DNA from: Eledone cirrhosa
Taxonomy: Eukaryota
Length of the DNA stretch: 64,000 nucleotides
Assembly (NCBI GenBank): GCA_964016885.1
Contig: OZ024743.1
Location: 277,760,001-277,824,000, forward strand
Direction of reading: 5' to 3'
Part shown: one piece after another, positions 13,395 to 26,327 of the stretch
How the letters are laid out: the number at the start of each line of letters is the position of its first letter
Position numbering within the stretch: position 1 is the first letter of the stretch
Notes under the pieces: model-generated
The model's input: only the letters and a program-made list of their open reading frames with translations
Databases searched by the model: none
Told to the model about the DNA's origin: nothing
Position numbers and translations under genes: made by a program

Positions 13395-13562
13395 AATCCA
13401 CTCGACCAGCTTTTTCACAGTATCCGTGAACATAACTTTATTGGCTTCTCGTAGTAACTATATATTATGTTAAAAGACTCTTCTTTGACTCACAGTGGGA
13501 TCAAATCCGAAACCTCGTGACTGCGAAACGAACTTTTTAAGCACCAGGCCATGCCTGCGTCT
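13395..13562 (-). mobile_element. Decayed tRNA-derived SINE
   Basis: Minus strand gcaggcatggcctggtgcttaaaaagttcgtttcgcagtcacgaggtttcggatttgatcccactg is a tRNA-like head. A related decayed copy lies at ~19490-19660 (+). Confidence 0.5.
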
Positions 13563-13614
13563 ACACGATGTTATTAATGTGGGAATGATAAGCAGAACAA
13601 AATAATCAACATCG

Positions 13615-13677
<63 letters not shown>

Positions 13678-13864
13678 GCAATGATAACAACGACATGCTA
13701 CGTCCATATATACATCACGACACTGACATTAGATCACGAAGAGTAGCCATCTTCTTAAAGCCCAGATCAAATGATATTCGTCTACACATCCTAATTAAAG
13801 CCTCAATAGGCTGTTGGAGCTCCGTCAATTACTACAACGATTTTTCAAGTTGTTTGAATAACGG

Positions 13865-14062
13865 AACAACCTTAACGTAGTTCTCAGGGAGATTCAACTT
13901 AATATAGGCTGGTCCTTCAAATTACAGGTACAACTCATTTCTATCAGCTGAGTTGACAGGAGCAACGCGAAATAAAGTATATTGTTCAAGCACAAAACTT
14001 ATAGCAACAAATCGAACAAATGACCATATGATCATCAACTGAGCACACTAACCATTAAACCA
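13865..14062 (-). mobile_element. tRNA-derived SINE, second family
   Basis: Shares cagctg..a.aaatgagttgtac...tctccctgagaactacgttaagg with the copy at 45977-46222. Confidence 0.65.
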
Positions 14063-14379
14063 TTAAGGTACTATTCATATAACTGATAATGATTTGTCAT
14101 TTTATGGAGTTTATCTTCCTGTATCTTCCAGGTCGAGCAACAAACTACGAAGAGCGTACATCCATTCTTGCTTGTGTGGTATAGCTGGTGATAGTGTCAT
14201 AAAATGTCAATAGTAGAAGTAGCAGCAGTGATGGAGGTGGTGGAGGCGATGGTATTGCTGGTGGTGGTGTCAGTAGTAGTAGTAGCAGCGGTGATGGTGG
14301 CGCTTGTGTTCATTGTGTTTCTGGTGGTGATGGTGTTACTGGTGGTAGTGCAATTATATGTAGAAGTAGCAGCAGCAGC

Positions 14380-15472
<1,093 letters not shown>

Positions 15473-15936
15473 TAGACAGCTTGATTAAGAATATAACTAA
15501 ATAACATTAATAAAAAACGATTACTATATATTTTAAATATTTATACAAATTCCTATATTCGAAGTGTGTTATATTTGTTTATATTTTTCTTTGTATCATT
15601 CACTAAAGAAAAGAAAAAGTAAAGTAAAATGAAATATGAAGAAATGGAAACAAATTAAGAAAAATATTAACGTTAAATATTTTATTACACATACAATCTC
15701 CCCACACTTTCTATTCACCGCCGCTTCTGGTCCTCAATTATTTATTTATTTTCTATCGAAACATTTGTTATAGGATTGCTGGAGAAATACACGCTTAGCA
15801 TTTTTATTAAAGAAAGCATGTATACAATTTTTTTTTATTAGATATAACTTAATTTAATAACGATTTCTGATTGAGGCGCAAGGCCAACAATTTTCGGGGA
15901 AGGGAAAGTCGATTAAATCGACTCTCGTGCGTTACT

Positions 15937-16123
15937 GTGGATTGGCAGTATCGGTAGCAGGTCGGACGTTATGCTTTGCAGCATAGTGTTACCTTCCTTT
16001 ATGGTCTGAGTTCAAATCCCGCAGCGGTTGCCTTTCATCCTTATGGGGTCGATTAAAAATAAAGTACCAGTAATGTACTGGAGTAATTGCTGGACCTGTG
16101 CCAAAAGTAGAAACAATTATTAT
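15937..16123 (+). mobile_element. tRNA-derived SINE, dominant family
   Basis: Head ggattggcagtatcggtag...ctgagttcaaatcccgc, core gcctttcatcctta.ggggtcga.taaaa.aaagtaccag, tail ccaaaagtagaaacaattatta. Confidence 0.85.
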
Positions 16124-16135
16124 TTGACTGAACTC

Positions 16136-16253
16136 GTAGGGATAAAAGGCAAAACTAACCTCGGTGGGATTTGAATTTAGAACGTAAAGGTACGTAACTC
16201 TATGCTGCAAAGCATGTTGTCCGACGCTCTACCGATACTGTCAATCCGCCGCC
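16136..16253 (-). mobile_element. SINE, dominant family, partial, inverted relative to its neighbour
   Basis: Reverse complement of the same head and core. Confidence 0.8.
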
Positions 16254-16640
16254 AGTCCACCACCAATCTAGTAATAATAATAATAATAATTATAATAATA
16301 ATAGCAATGATAATGATGATCATAATGATGATGATGATGATGTGAGTAACATAATGCTAATAATATTTGTAATGATATTTTTGGGATATTTCGTGTACAG
16401 GGCGAGCGTGAGCAGAAACAGAAACTGCTCACGAAAGAAATTCGCTTTAACAGTTTGTGATTGTTAAGAAAGCTTCTATAGTAACGCATCATATCAGCAT
16501 CTTGCAAAATTATTTGTTTTCATTTTCATTTTAAGGGTTTTCACCTTCAAATTTATCAGTTCACACCTTTTCTTTTTTCCCTCGCATATTTTCCTTATTC
16601 ATTAAGTTATTATCAGTTATCATTAGCATTATTATTTTAT

Positions 16641-16709
<69 letters not shown>

Positions 16710-16874
16710 AACACAAACACATATGTATATATACTAAAAGTTACTGGGGAAATTCTATTGAAATTAAATGAAAATACAGAAAATATATACATAAAATTTA
16801 CGTGAAAATCATTCCCATGCAATTTGTTTAAGAAAGAAAAGGAACAGTGTTTTACCTATCTATCTATCCATCCA

Positions 16875-16912
<38 letters not shown>

Positions 16913-16982
16913 CATATACACACACACACACGCACACATATATATACATACACGCACACACACACATATATATATATACATA

Positions 16983-17045
<63 letters not shown>

Positions 17046-17875
17046 CTATCTCTTAAGCTACGCCAGCTATACAGCTGTCTATGCATTTATCTACACTTAT
17101 GTATATCTATCTATCATTATATGTATGAAATAATCTTGGCTTCTCGTGCAGAGTGAAGCAATATTTAACCAGAACTATTGAAATAACTTCCATTGAAAGA
17201 TGGGAGATTGAAGATTTTTCGAGTTTTACATTTATGAAAAATAATTTGTTATAAAAAAGGAAAAAATATGGAAACTAAAAATGTTCGAAAATAAAACAGA
17301 AAGTAGATTAAAACAAAAATATTTTGAAAAAAAATAGATATTTCCAAATGCTATATGAAAAAAAATATCGTTACAAATTCTCTTTTCAGTTCGTTCACCT
17401 TAATATTTTTTCTTGATATGGCCGCAAATGTAAAGAAACAAAAGAATCATAAAAAAAAACAATGTATTCAACTTCTAATGTAGATTTCTTTGTAAAAGAT
17501 AGAACATTGATCCTACTTGTATTTTATGTTGCAGCAAGCCAATGCCTTCTTTAATTTATATCATTCTCAGATTTCTCATTTTTTTTCTAATGGAGTGAAA
17601 TAATTCTCCAACATTCTATCTTATTAATGTTATTCAAAAATCCAAAATTTAGGGTCTTCTCATTCCTGTTTATATATATATAAGCACAAACACATATGTA
17701 TATATACTAAAAGTTACTGGGGAAATTCTATTGAAATTAAATGAAAATACAGAAAATATATACATATATCTCTGGCCATATTAGGCCATGTAGTATCGAG
17801 TTAGATCATCACGCCACCTGGCTTTTGGCCGCCCTCTGGTTCTTCTCTACTGCCTTATTAGTATTATTATAATTA

Positions 17876-18243
17876 TTGGCAGTATCGGTAGAGGGTCGGA
17901 GGCCATGCTTTGACGCATAGAGTTACGGCCCTGCCATTCTGAGTTCAAATCCCGCCGAGGTTAACTTTGCCTTTCATCCTTACGGGGTCGATAATAAAGT
18001 ACCAGTAATGCACTGAGTAAGTGCTGGCCTTGTGCCAAAAGTAGAAACAATTATTATAATTATCGGTAGAGCGTCAGACAATATGCTTTGCAGCAAAGAG
18101 TTATGGCCCTCTATGTTTTGAGTTCAAATCCCGCCGAGATTAACTCTGCCTTTCGTCCTTACAGGGTTGATAAAATAAAGTACCAGTAATGCACTGGAGT
18201 AATTGCTGGTCTTGTGCCAAAAGTAGAAACAATTATTATAATT
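17876..18243 (+). mobile_element. Two tandem SINE copies (17876-18060, 18061-18243)
   Basis: Both carry the gagttcaaatcccgccgag B box, the core and the agaaacaattattataatt tail. Confidence 0.9.
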
Positions 18244-18666
18244 AACGTTTGAAGCAAATGAAGTAAAGATTTAGTATAGAAACGAATGAAATGCTTTACA
18301 GCAATCTAGTTATGTTCTCTTATATTTTGTCTTCAAAGTTTAATAATACTTTTAATCATTCCATGTTCAATAAAATAAATACAAGTCAATCAAATGTCAT
18401 CAACTAAGAGCTCCTCTAACACTTGAGACCCTACATCTAGTTGAGAACCAATGATATAAATGTAACAACTATGTATGTGAGTAAATTCATGTCTGTTGTA
18501 CTTTTGGCTATAACAACTAAAATTAGTTACAAATGTGAAAATATATAGGTGAGTAGTGTATTTCGATAAATCAACACAATGAAAATTATTCTGAAACTTA
18601 ACATTTTTTAATGTTTGTTTTCGTGTTGCTATATATGTATACCCCCTTTTTTTTACATATCTATAA

Positions 18667-18790
18667 TTGTTGTTGTTGTTGTTGTTGTTGTTCTTCTTCT
18701 TCTTCTTCTTCTTCTTCTTCTTCTTCTTCTTCTTCTTCTTCTTCATCTTCTTCTTCTTCTTCTTCTTCTCCTCCTCCTCCTCCTCCTCCC
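18667..18790. repeat. (TTG)n(TTC)n(TCC)n microsatellite
   Basis: Direct reading. Confidence 0.95.
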
Positions 18791-20960
18791 CTCCACCCCC
18801 ACCTTTGACTAATGCAAACGATAAGATCAATACATTGAATTCCTTCTACAAAAGATAGGCTGTTTTCTAGAGAAAACAAAACAAAAGAAGCAAGAAAAAA
18901 ATCAAATAAAAAGGAAGAAAGCTTCATCATTGATATTTAGATAACAAAATGATTAAAAAGATACACAATAATGACTAATAAATTACTGGTGCGTTAACAA
19001 TATTTGTTTCAATGTTATACTGGAGTACAGAATATATCTATAGATTTTTAGCGAATACTATATAATTACCTTGTCTGTATACACAATATCTGTCAACGGA
19101 GACACTATTTATAAATCAACTATTACTAAGGGCTTAATTAAATTGAAAAAAAAACTAATTTGCATATATGTGATGTATACTTGGCAGTTAGTTCCATTAA
19201 TAAATTACTCATGAGGTACCAGTGTTTTGTTTCAAAATATGTATTTAACCTTTTAGTCAACACTCTATGAATAGGTAAACATAGACATGTTGCCTTTATA
19301 TGAAATATCTTTGTGAATAAAAAAAAAGAGGTATCAGCAGTATTAGCTTCAGTCTTTGTCTTAAGTTAATCAGAGACTAAATAATTTCCATTAATATATT
19401 GTATATACAGATAAATTGTTTGCGCCTGTCTATACATAGAATATTAGCTTAAAGTCTGTATTTGTTAACAGCCTGTATTGTCTAAACGTCTGTAGACATA
19501 TACTGGTTGTCTGGTAAGGAATTTCGTTTCCTAACCTCTTAGGTCAGGACTAAAGTCCTCGTGCAGCGCATCCAACAAGTGGCTTTTGCACAGTAGCCTC
19601 AGGTCAACGACACAAGGTTTGTGAGTAAAATAGACAGAACCTGTATTGAAGCAGGTAGGATAACACGTATCTATTATTTTGTGTTAGGTGTAATTTGTCG
19701 CCCAGTCAAATATTACCGCCGCCTAGCTTGCGGATTCCCTGAACTGAGTGTCATAAACACTTTGGACGTATCCGGGCTAAACATCGGTTTGACATTCGTT
19801 TGATCATGATGAGGGATAAAACAACATCTATTACGAATGAATTAACTGCTAAGATTATCAATGCAAAATTATATTACATATAAGAATAATTTTGAGTCAG
19901 AAAACAAGATAATTGTTACGATTTGAAGTACATATTTATCTGTTGTCAATGCACATCTGAAATATTGAAAGAATTAAAAAAACTTTTACTCAGCTATATC
20001 TATGCTCAAGACTCAAAATATACATTAATGGTCAGTGTAAACTGAGTGGAACGAAAAGTTTTCTAATTCAAGCATGATACAGACGTCATCACGACATCAT
20101 AACCAACACAACATTATAATAACATAATTCTGGAAATTGGAAGTGAAATGAAATTTGTTTCTTCTGTTGTTGTTTAACTCAAGGTGAACCGTACTTCAGC
20201 ACACCTATGACCAAAGAAGTTAAAGTTTAACTCTTTTCTTCTTTTCTGATAGGCTGTGTGCATCTAGGTCTACGTTATCCAATATGGTATTCCACATTTA
20301 AGACAGTAGTGTCTTATATATATTTATTTTGGCTGATATTTCTATCAAATGAAAGAAAATCTTTTTTCTTCTATAAAAATTCCAATGGTATCATGTTGAC
20401 ACTTTAGCTGAATGATGAGTTAAATATTTAACGGCAGATGCTATTATTACTGCTAAGACTTATGCCATTTCATCCACCATATCCATCATCTCTACGCACT
20501 GTTTAATGACGGTCTGTTGATCTCCTAAGCTGCATATATTTCCATTTATTAGAGAAATTCCTAAAGTAGTACAATGATCAAAGATACGCCAGAGTGAATC
20601 TTTCTCCAATAAAAAACAACCACTATTCGATATATTTACGAATCAAATATGATTCCATCTTCTCTTAACATCATCTCTTTTTCTCGCTCTTATTTTTGTT
20701 AAAACTTTGTAGCCCTCAATTTGTTGATATTTCCTGTTGATAATGTCTTAGTCGGGAGAATCTTATTTGTTGGTTTGCAAGTGGGGTACCTATTCTGTTG
20801 TTACGTTCAGTCGTCATAGGTCTTATATTTTGCCTCTGATAGTTTACCTGTGAAGACTGAACGAAACAACAGAAGCGAAGACATATAGAGCATATTCTGC
20901 TTAAATTCCAACTGCGTGTTGATACGTAAAATCCGTAGTTAATATAAACATGTGGTAATT

Positions 20961-21143
20961 AATAATTGTTTCTACTTTAGGTACAAGGCCAGCAATTACC
21001 CAGTGCATTACTGGTACTTTATTTTATCGACCCCGTAAGGATGAAAGGCAAAGTCAACCTCGGCGGGATTTGAACTCAGATCGTAAAGGGACGTAACTAT
21101 GCTGGAAAGCATGGTGTCTGACCCTCTACCGATACTGCCAATC
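20961..21143 (-). mobile_element. SINE, dominant family, full length
   Basis: Near-identical to 50041-50230 and to the arms at 60682-60895. Confidence 0.9.
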
Positions 21144-21319
21144 AATTAATAATAAACCCCCATATTTACGCCGGTATTAACTTTTTAAAAGTAACCTGTC
21201 AATTAGACCTGTCACACGGCAACATACCATAAACCAGACCAGTGTTACTATCAGCTTGTATACTGACTGGGTTTTATATAAAAGCTCGCAAATATGACAA
21301 ACTCAAAGGTCGGCTTGCT

Positions 21320-21540
21320 CAACTATATATTCCTATTATAGGCGCAAATACATAACAATCAATAAGTACATTCCAGAAAGGCGTTAATGAACACATTAGA
21401 AAGACTGTAGATAGTTGAATCAAACTATTTCTGTAAGTATAGGGCATATAACCATAATAACGAAGATTATGGGCATTAGCGTGCGGTGGAATCAAACCTT
21501 TCCCTGGCACAGCAATATCTATTTTTCGTTATGGTGTTTC
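21320..21540 (-). mobile_element. Possible CR1/Jockey-group LINE 3' remnant
   Basis: ORF 21319-21510 contains HNLR..Y..Y...LTPFWNVL, loosely like the xxLRGH...RVVxxWNxL C-terminal motif. Confidence 0.3.
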
Positions 21541-21971
21541 ATATACCTTAATATTGAACTATTCACCGTAGGCAACCTACGGTGAAAGCTTCTATATATA
21601 TTCTATATATATTAGAAGATTTTATATAAGGATGTGTGTGTGCATGCGTATATATGTATGTGTGTATGTATGTATATGCATATATATATGTGTGTGCTTA
21701 TGTGAATACGTGTACTATGGAAGTGTCTAATATGGTTCGAGAAAAAAGTGTTGATAAAATAAATACCAGAGTTGGAAAAGAAAGTGCTGGTGTCCACATG
21801 ATCAACTAAATCAAGGTCAGACCCCAACATGAGCGTGGCTTTATGAATGAAATTCATAAAAGAATAAAAGAATATAACAGAATATGTATATGCATATATA
21901 TATATATATATATATGTATGAGATAATCTATCTATCTATCGATCTGTCTACCAACATCTATCTGTCTATCA

Positions 21972-22056
<85 letters not shown>

Positions 22057-22136
22057 CACACACCAGTTTTCGACCAAACGCACATATGCTAATAATAATA
22101 AGGATAATGATATATGCACACATATATGTATGAATG

Positions 22137-22192
<56 letters not shown>

Positions 22193-22664
22193 TGTCCTTT
22201 CGACAAATTTCATGAAATGATATTTGGGTCTCATGGCGGCGGGAACGAGAGAGCGAGAGAATGAGAGAGAAAGAAAACTTAGAAAATCAAATGAAACTAA
22301 GTTAGACAGAGGCTGTCGATGCAATAAGAAAATTATATCAAGGATGACATAGAACTATTAACGAAGCCAATAGAATTCCAATAGGAGAATATGAAAGAGA
22401 AAATTAACGATAGGACGCTTTTGGCATATTGGTTATATAAATCAAGCGAGCAGAGCTTTTCAATAAGCTGACGGATCTTGTTAACCAATTCCTTACCACC
22501 GAACGAAACGAACGAAGGAAGCGAACGAACCATTCTTCTTCTTCTTCTTCTTCTTCTTCTTCTTCTTCTTCTTCTTCTTCTTCTTCTTCTTCTTCTTCTT
22601 CTTCTTCTTCTTCTTCTTCTCCTCCTCCTCATCCTCCTCCCCCTCCTCCTCCTCCTCCTCCCCA

Positions 22665-22880
22665 TTCTGAGTTCAAATCCCGCTGGTTAAATTTGCCTTT
22701 CATCCTTACGGAGTCGATAAAATAAAGTACCAGTAATGCAGTGGGTAATTGCTGGCCTTGTGCCTAAAGTAGAAACAATTATATAATGTTGTATAAACAA
22801 CTGAATATCTAACCGTAAAATAAAGTACCAGTAATGCACTGGAATAATTGCTGGCCTTGTGCCAAAAGTAAAAATAATTA
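22665..22880 (+). mobile_element. 5'-truncated SINE plus a duplicated 3' tail
   Basis: ttctgagttcaaatcccgc...; taaaataaagtaccagtaatgca...gctggccttgtgcc occurs twice. Confidence 0.8.
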
Positions 22881-22928
22881 TATATATGTGTGTGTTTGTG
22901 TGTGTGTGGGGGGGGGGGGGGCGTGTGT

Positions 22929-22974
<46 letters not shown>

Positions 22975-23019
22975 AAGTAAGTAAAAAAGAGCAACACCAG
23001 AGAACAATGCATTATAATA

Positions 23020-23198
23020 GTTTCTGATTCAAACACAAGGCAACAATTAGGTGGGAGTATAATGTCGATTAAATCGCCCAGAGGGGAAAGGCAAAGTTAA
23101 CCTCGTCGGCATATGAACTCAGAAGGGCAAGGGCCGTAACTCTGTGCTGCAAAACATGGCGTCCGACCACCCTCTTCCGATACTCCCAGTCCACTGCC
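23020..23198 (-). mobile_element. SINE, dominant family, diverged
   Basis: aaggcaaagttaacctcg...tgaactcagaa...ccgatactcccagtccactgcc. Confidence 0.7.
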
Positions 23199-23613
23199 AT
23201 GTCAATATAATGACAGAATATTAGTATAATACTTAATAAATGAAGTAATAAAAGAGGGAAATACAGAAAGAAGAGAGACTTTGAAGGTGGCAAGACAAAC
23301 AAAAAAGAGGGGAAAAAAGGATAAACAAAAACTTCAGAGATATGACAGAAACTGAACATAAGTTTGGAGATGTAGGTAGCATGAAAATATGTGTTATGTG
23401 CGTGTGGGCGTGTGCACGCAAGCCTCTCGTTGAGAACCAGATATGTAGTCATTCAGTATATATATATATGGTGGTATGGTTCCGTAATTCTTGATATAGT
23501 CGTAAGGCCGCGGTATTGACATACAACGCTTCTTGGGCATTTTAAGCCTGGTGGAGTCCATCCATCCCAAGGCCTGGCCACAGTAGATTTCATAGAGAGG
23601 AAGGATCGACCCC

Positions 23614-23755
23614 AAAACTAGACTGGCAGAGTCGTTAAAACGTCGGATAGAATGCTGTATAGTTTTCGTTCCGGCTCTCTGCTCTCTGAGTTCAAATCCC
23701 ACTGAGGTCAACTTTGTCTTTCATCTTTTCGAGGTCGATAAAACAAGTACCAGTC
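23614..23755 (+). mobile_element. SINE, dominant family, diverged
   Basis: ctggcagagtcgtta...ctgagttcaaatcccactgaggtcaactttgtctttcatcttttcgaggtcgataaaacaagtaccag. Confidence 0.75.
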
Positions 23756-23768
23756 TATATGTATGTAT

Positions 23769-23897
<129 letters not shown>

Positions 23898-23976
23898 ATG
23901 ATTTTGATTGACTATCACTAGATTTTGTCAGTAGGGCTTAATTTGTGGGATGCCTTGTGGATCTCTGGCTGGATTG

Positions 23977-24016
<40 letters not shown>

Positions 24017-24335
24017 AGCGAGTAAGGTTCTATACAAAACGGAGGTTATAGAGAAAGATTGGAATTAGAAACATATATAAAGTTCCAACACTAAATTTGA
24101 AATTTTGACTTTTAAATTCTTTTTAATTCTATTTTATTTTAATATTCAATATTTGATAAGATGGATTCCATTGATACATCGAAACCGTTTATATTTTATA
24201 TATTTTATATACATCATAGGACTCCTTTTTTTTTTAAATGTTCCTCTCATTTTTACTATAATGTCACTTTGACGGATCAAAGAAGAAAAAAAAAGAAAAA
24301 CAGATCTTTTAAATATATTTTCCGTGCTGTTTCCA

Positions 24336-24437
<102 letters not shown>

Positions 24438-24581
24438 CCAGGTGATTTGGATATGACAATATTTATGAAACAAACTTTGTATTTTATCTGATGAGAGCGT
24501 ACCAAAGTTTTGGTACCCTTGAAATAGATATAATAGAATAAATATGGTTTTATAAATATAGTTTCCATTTATTAATATCAT

Positions 24582-24624
<43 letters not shown>

Positions 24625-24705
24625 TATGATTACGTACATACATATATGTATACGGACGTACAGTAGTATGTATATATATATATATACATACTGGCAGGAA
24701 GGTAT

Positions 24706-24748
24706 ACGTTGCTGACGATAGCTAATAAGCTTGAAACTAGTACAGCGT
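24706..24748 (+). ncRNA. Minimal type I hammerhead ribozyme, copy 1
   Basis: acgttg CTGACGA t agct aata agct t GAAA ctag TA cagcgt: helix I acgttg/cagcgt (6 bp, one G:U), palindromic actagt helix III, predicted cleavage after GUA (24742). Confidence 0.8.
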
Positions 24749-25030
24749 TCCTTTGTCAGTGTTGAACAAATGAGCAACGATGGTTGCTAGACACTGTACG
24801 TCTTAATTCGGGATGTTTGTTTACAAACACACCGAGCATTATAATAAATGTTCGGTGAATCCATACGTACATATATATATATGTGTGTATGTATGTATAT
24901 ATATAAATATACATACTACTAAACGTCTGTATACATATATGTATGTACGTATACATACTTATATTTAAGTAACAGCCGTACTAAGAGTGAGAAATGAAAT
25001 TTCGTTTCATTTTTTCCGTTTATATATATA

Positions 25031-25067
25031 TACTAGTTTCAAGCTTATTAGCTATCGTCAGCAACGT
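25031..25067 (-). ncRNA. Hammerhead copy truncated at the predicted cleavage site
   Basis: Minus strand reads acgttgctgacgatagctaataagcttgaaactagta and then runs into (TA)n. Confidence 0.7.
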
Positions 25068-25110
25068 ATACCTTCCTGCCAGATTATTCAACCATCTGGC
25101 AGGAAGGTAT

Positions 25111-25153
25111 ACGTTGCTGACGATAGCTAATAAGCTTGAAACTAGTACAGCGT
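25111..25153 (+). ncRNA. Minimal type I hammerhead ribozyme, copy 2
   Basis: Identical to 24706-24748. Confidence 0.8.
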
Positions 25154-25428
25154 TCCTTTGTCAGTGTTGAACAAATGAGCAACGATGGTTGCTAGACACT
25201 GTACGGCTCAATTCGGGATATATATGTTTGTTTACAAACACACCGAGCATTATAATAAATGTTCGGTGAATCCATACGTACATATATATATATGTGTGCA
25301 TGTATGTATATATATAAATATACATACTACTAAACTTCTGTATACATATATGTATGTACGTATATATACTTATATTTAAGTAACGGCCGTACTAAGAGTG
25401 AGAAATGAAATTTCGTTTCATTTTTTCC

Positions 25429-25502
<74 letters not shown>

Positions 25503-25704
25503 GTATGTACACGTACATACATATATGTATACAGACGTACAGTAGTATGTATATATATATACATACATGCACACATATATACATGTACGTATGGATTCAC
25601 CGAACATTTATTATAATGCTCGGTGTGTTTGTAAACAAACATCCCGTATTCAGCCGTAGTGTCCAGCAACCATCGTTGCTCGTTTGTTCAACACTGACAA
25701 AGGA

Positions 25705-25747
25705 ACGCTGTACTAGCTTCAAGCTTATTAGCTATCGTCAGCAACGT
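25705..25747 (-). ncRNA. Hammerhead copy 3 (GAAA changed to GAAG)
   Basis: Reverse complement of the same motif with one core substitution. Confidence 0.7.
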
Positions 25748-26284
25748 ATACCTTCCTGCCAGATTGTTGAACGTATATACTTACCTTATGCATATTAACG
25801 GCTGAGTACCCCAATTTGCATATCGAGTGGGTTAATCGGCCGGGTGCACCGAAAACGATAAACGGAAAAAATGAAACGAAATTTTATTTCCCATCTTCGT
25901 ACGGCGTTCCTTTGTCAGTGTTGAACAAACGAGCAACGATGGTTGCTGGACACTATGGCTTAATACGGGATGTTTGTTTACAAACACACCGAGCATTATA
26001 ATAAATGTTCGGTGAATCCATACGTACATGTATATATGTGTACATGTATGTATATATATATACATACTACTGTACGTCTGTATACATATATGTATGTACG
26101 TCTACAAAGTTATATTTAAGTAACAGCTGTACTTAGAGTGGGAAATGAAATTTCGTTTCATTTTTTCCGTTTATCGTTTTCGGTGCACCCGGCCGTTTAA
26201 CCCACTCGATATGCAAATTGGGCTACTCAGCCGTTAATATGCATAAGGTAAGTATATACGTTCAACAATCTGGCAGGAAGGTAT

Positions 26285-26327
26285 ACGTTGCTGACGGTAG
26301 CTAATAAGCTTGAAACTAGTGCAGCGT
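26285..26327 (+). ncRNA. Hammerhead copy 4 (CTGACGG core, GUG site; predicted inactive)
   Basis: acgttgctgacggtagctaataagcttgaaactagtgcagcgt. Confidence 0.7.

Noticed and set aside
26285-26327. Idea that the internal hammerhead was already inactive, allowing a dimer RNA to be retrotransposed
   Set aside because: Its inverted duplicate (25705-25747) retains CTGACGA and GUA, so the substitutions probably arose after insertion.
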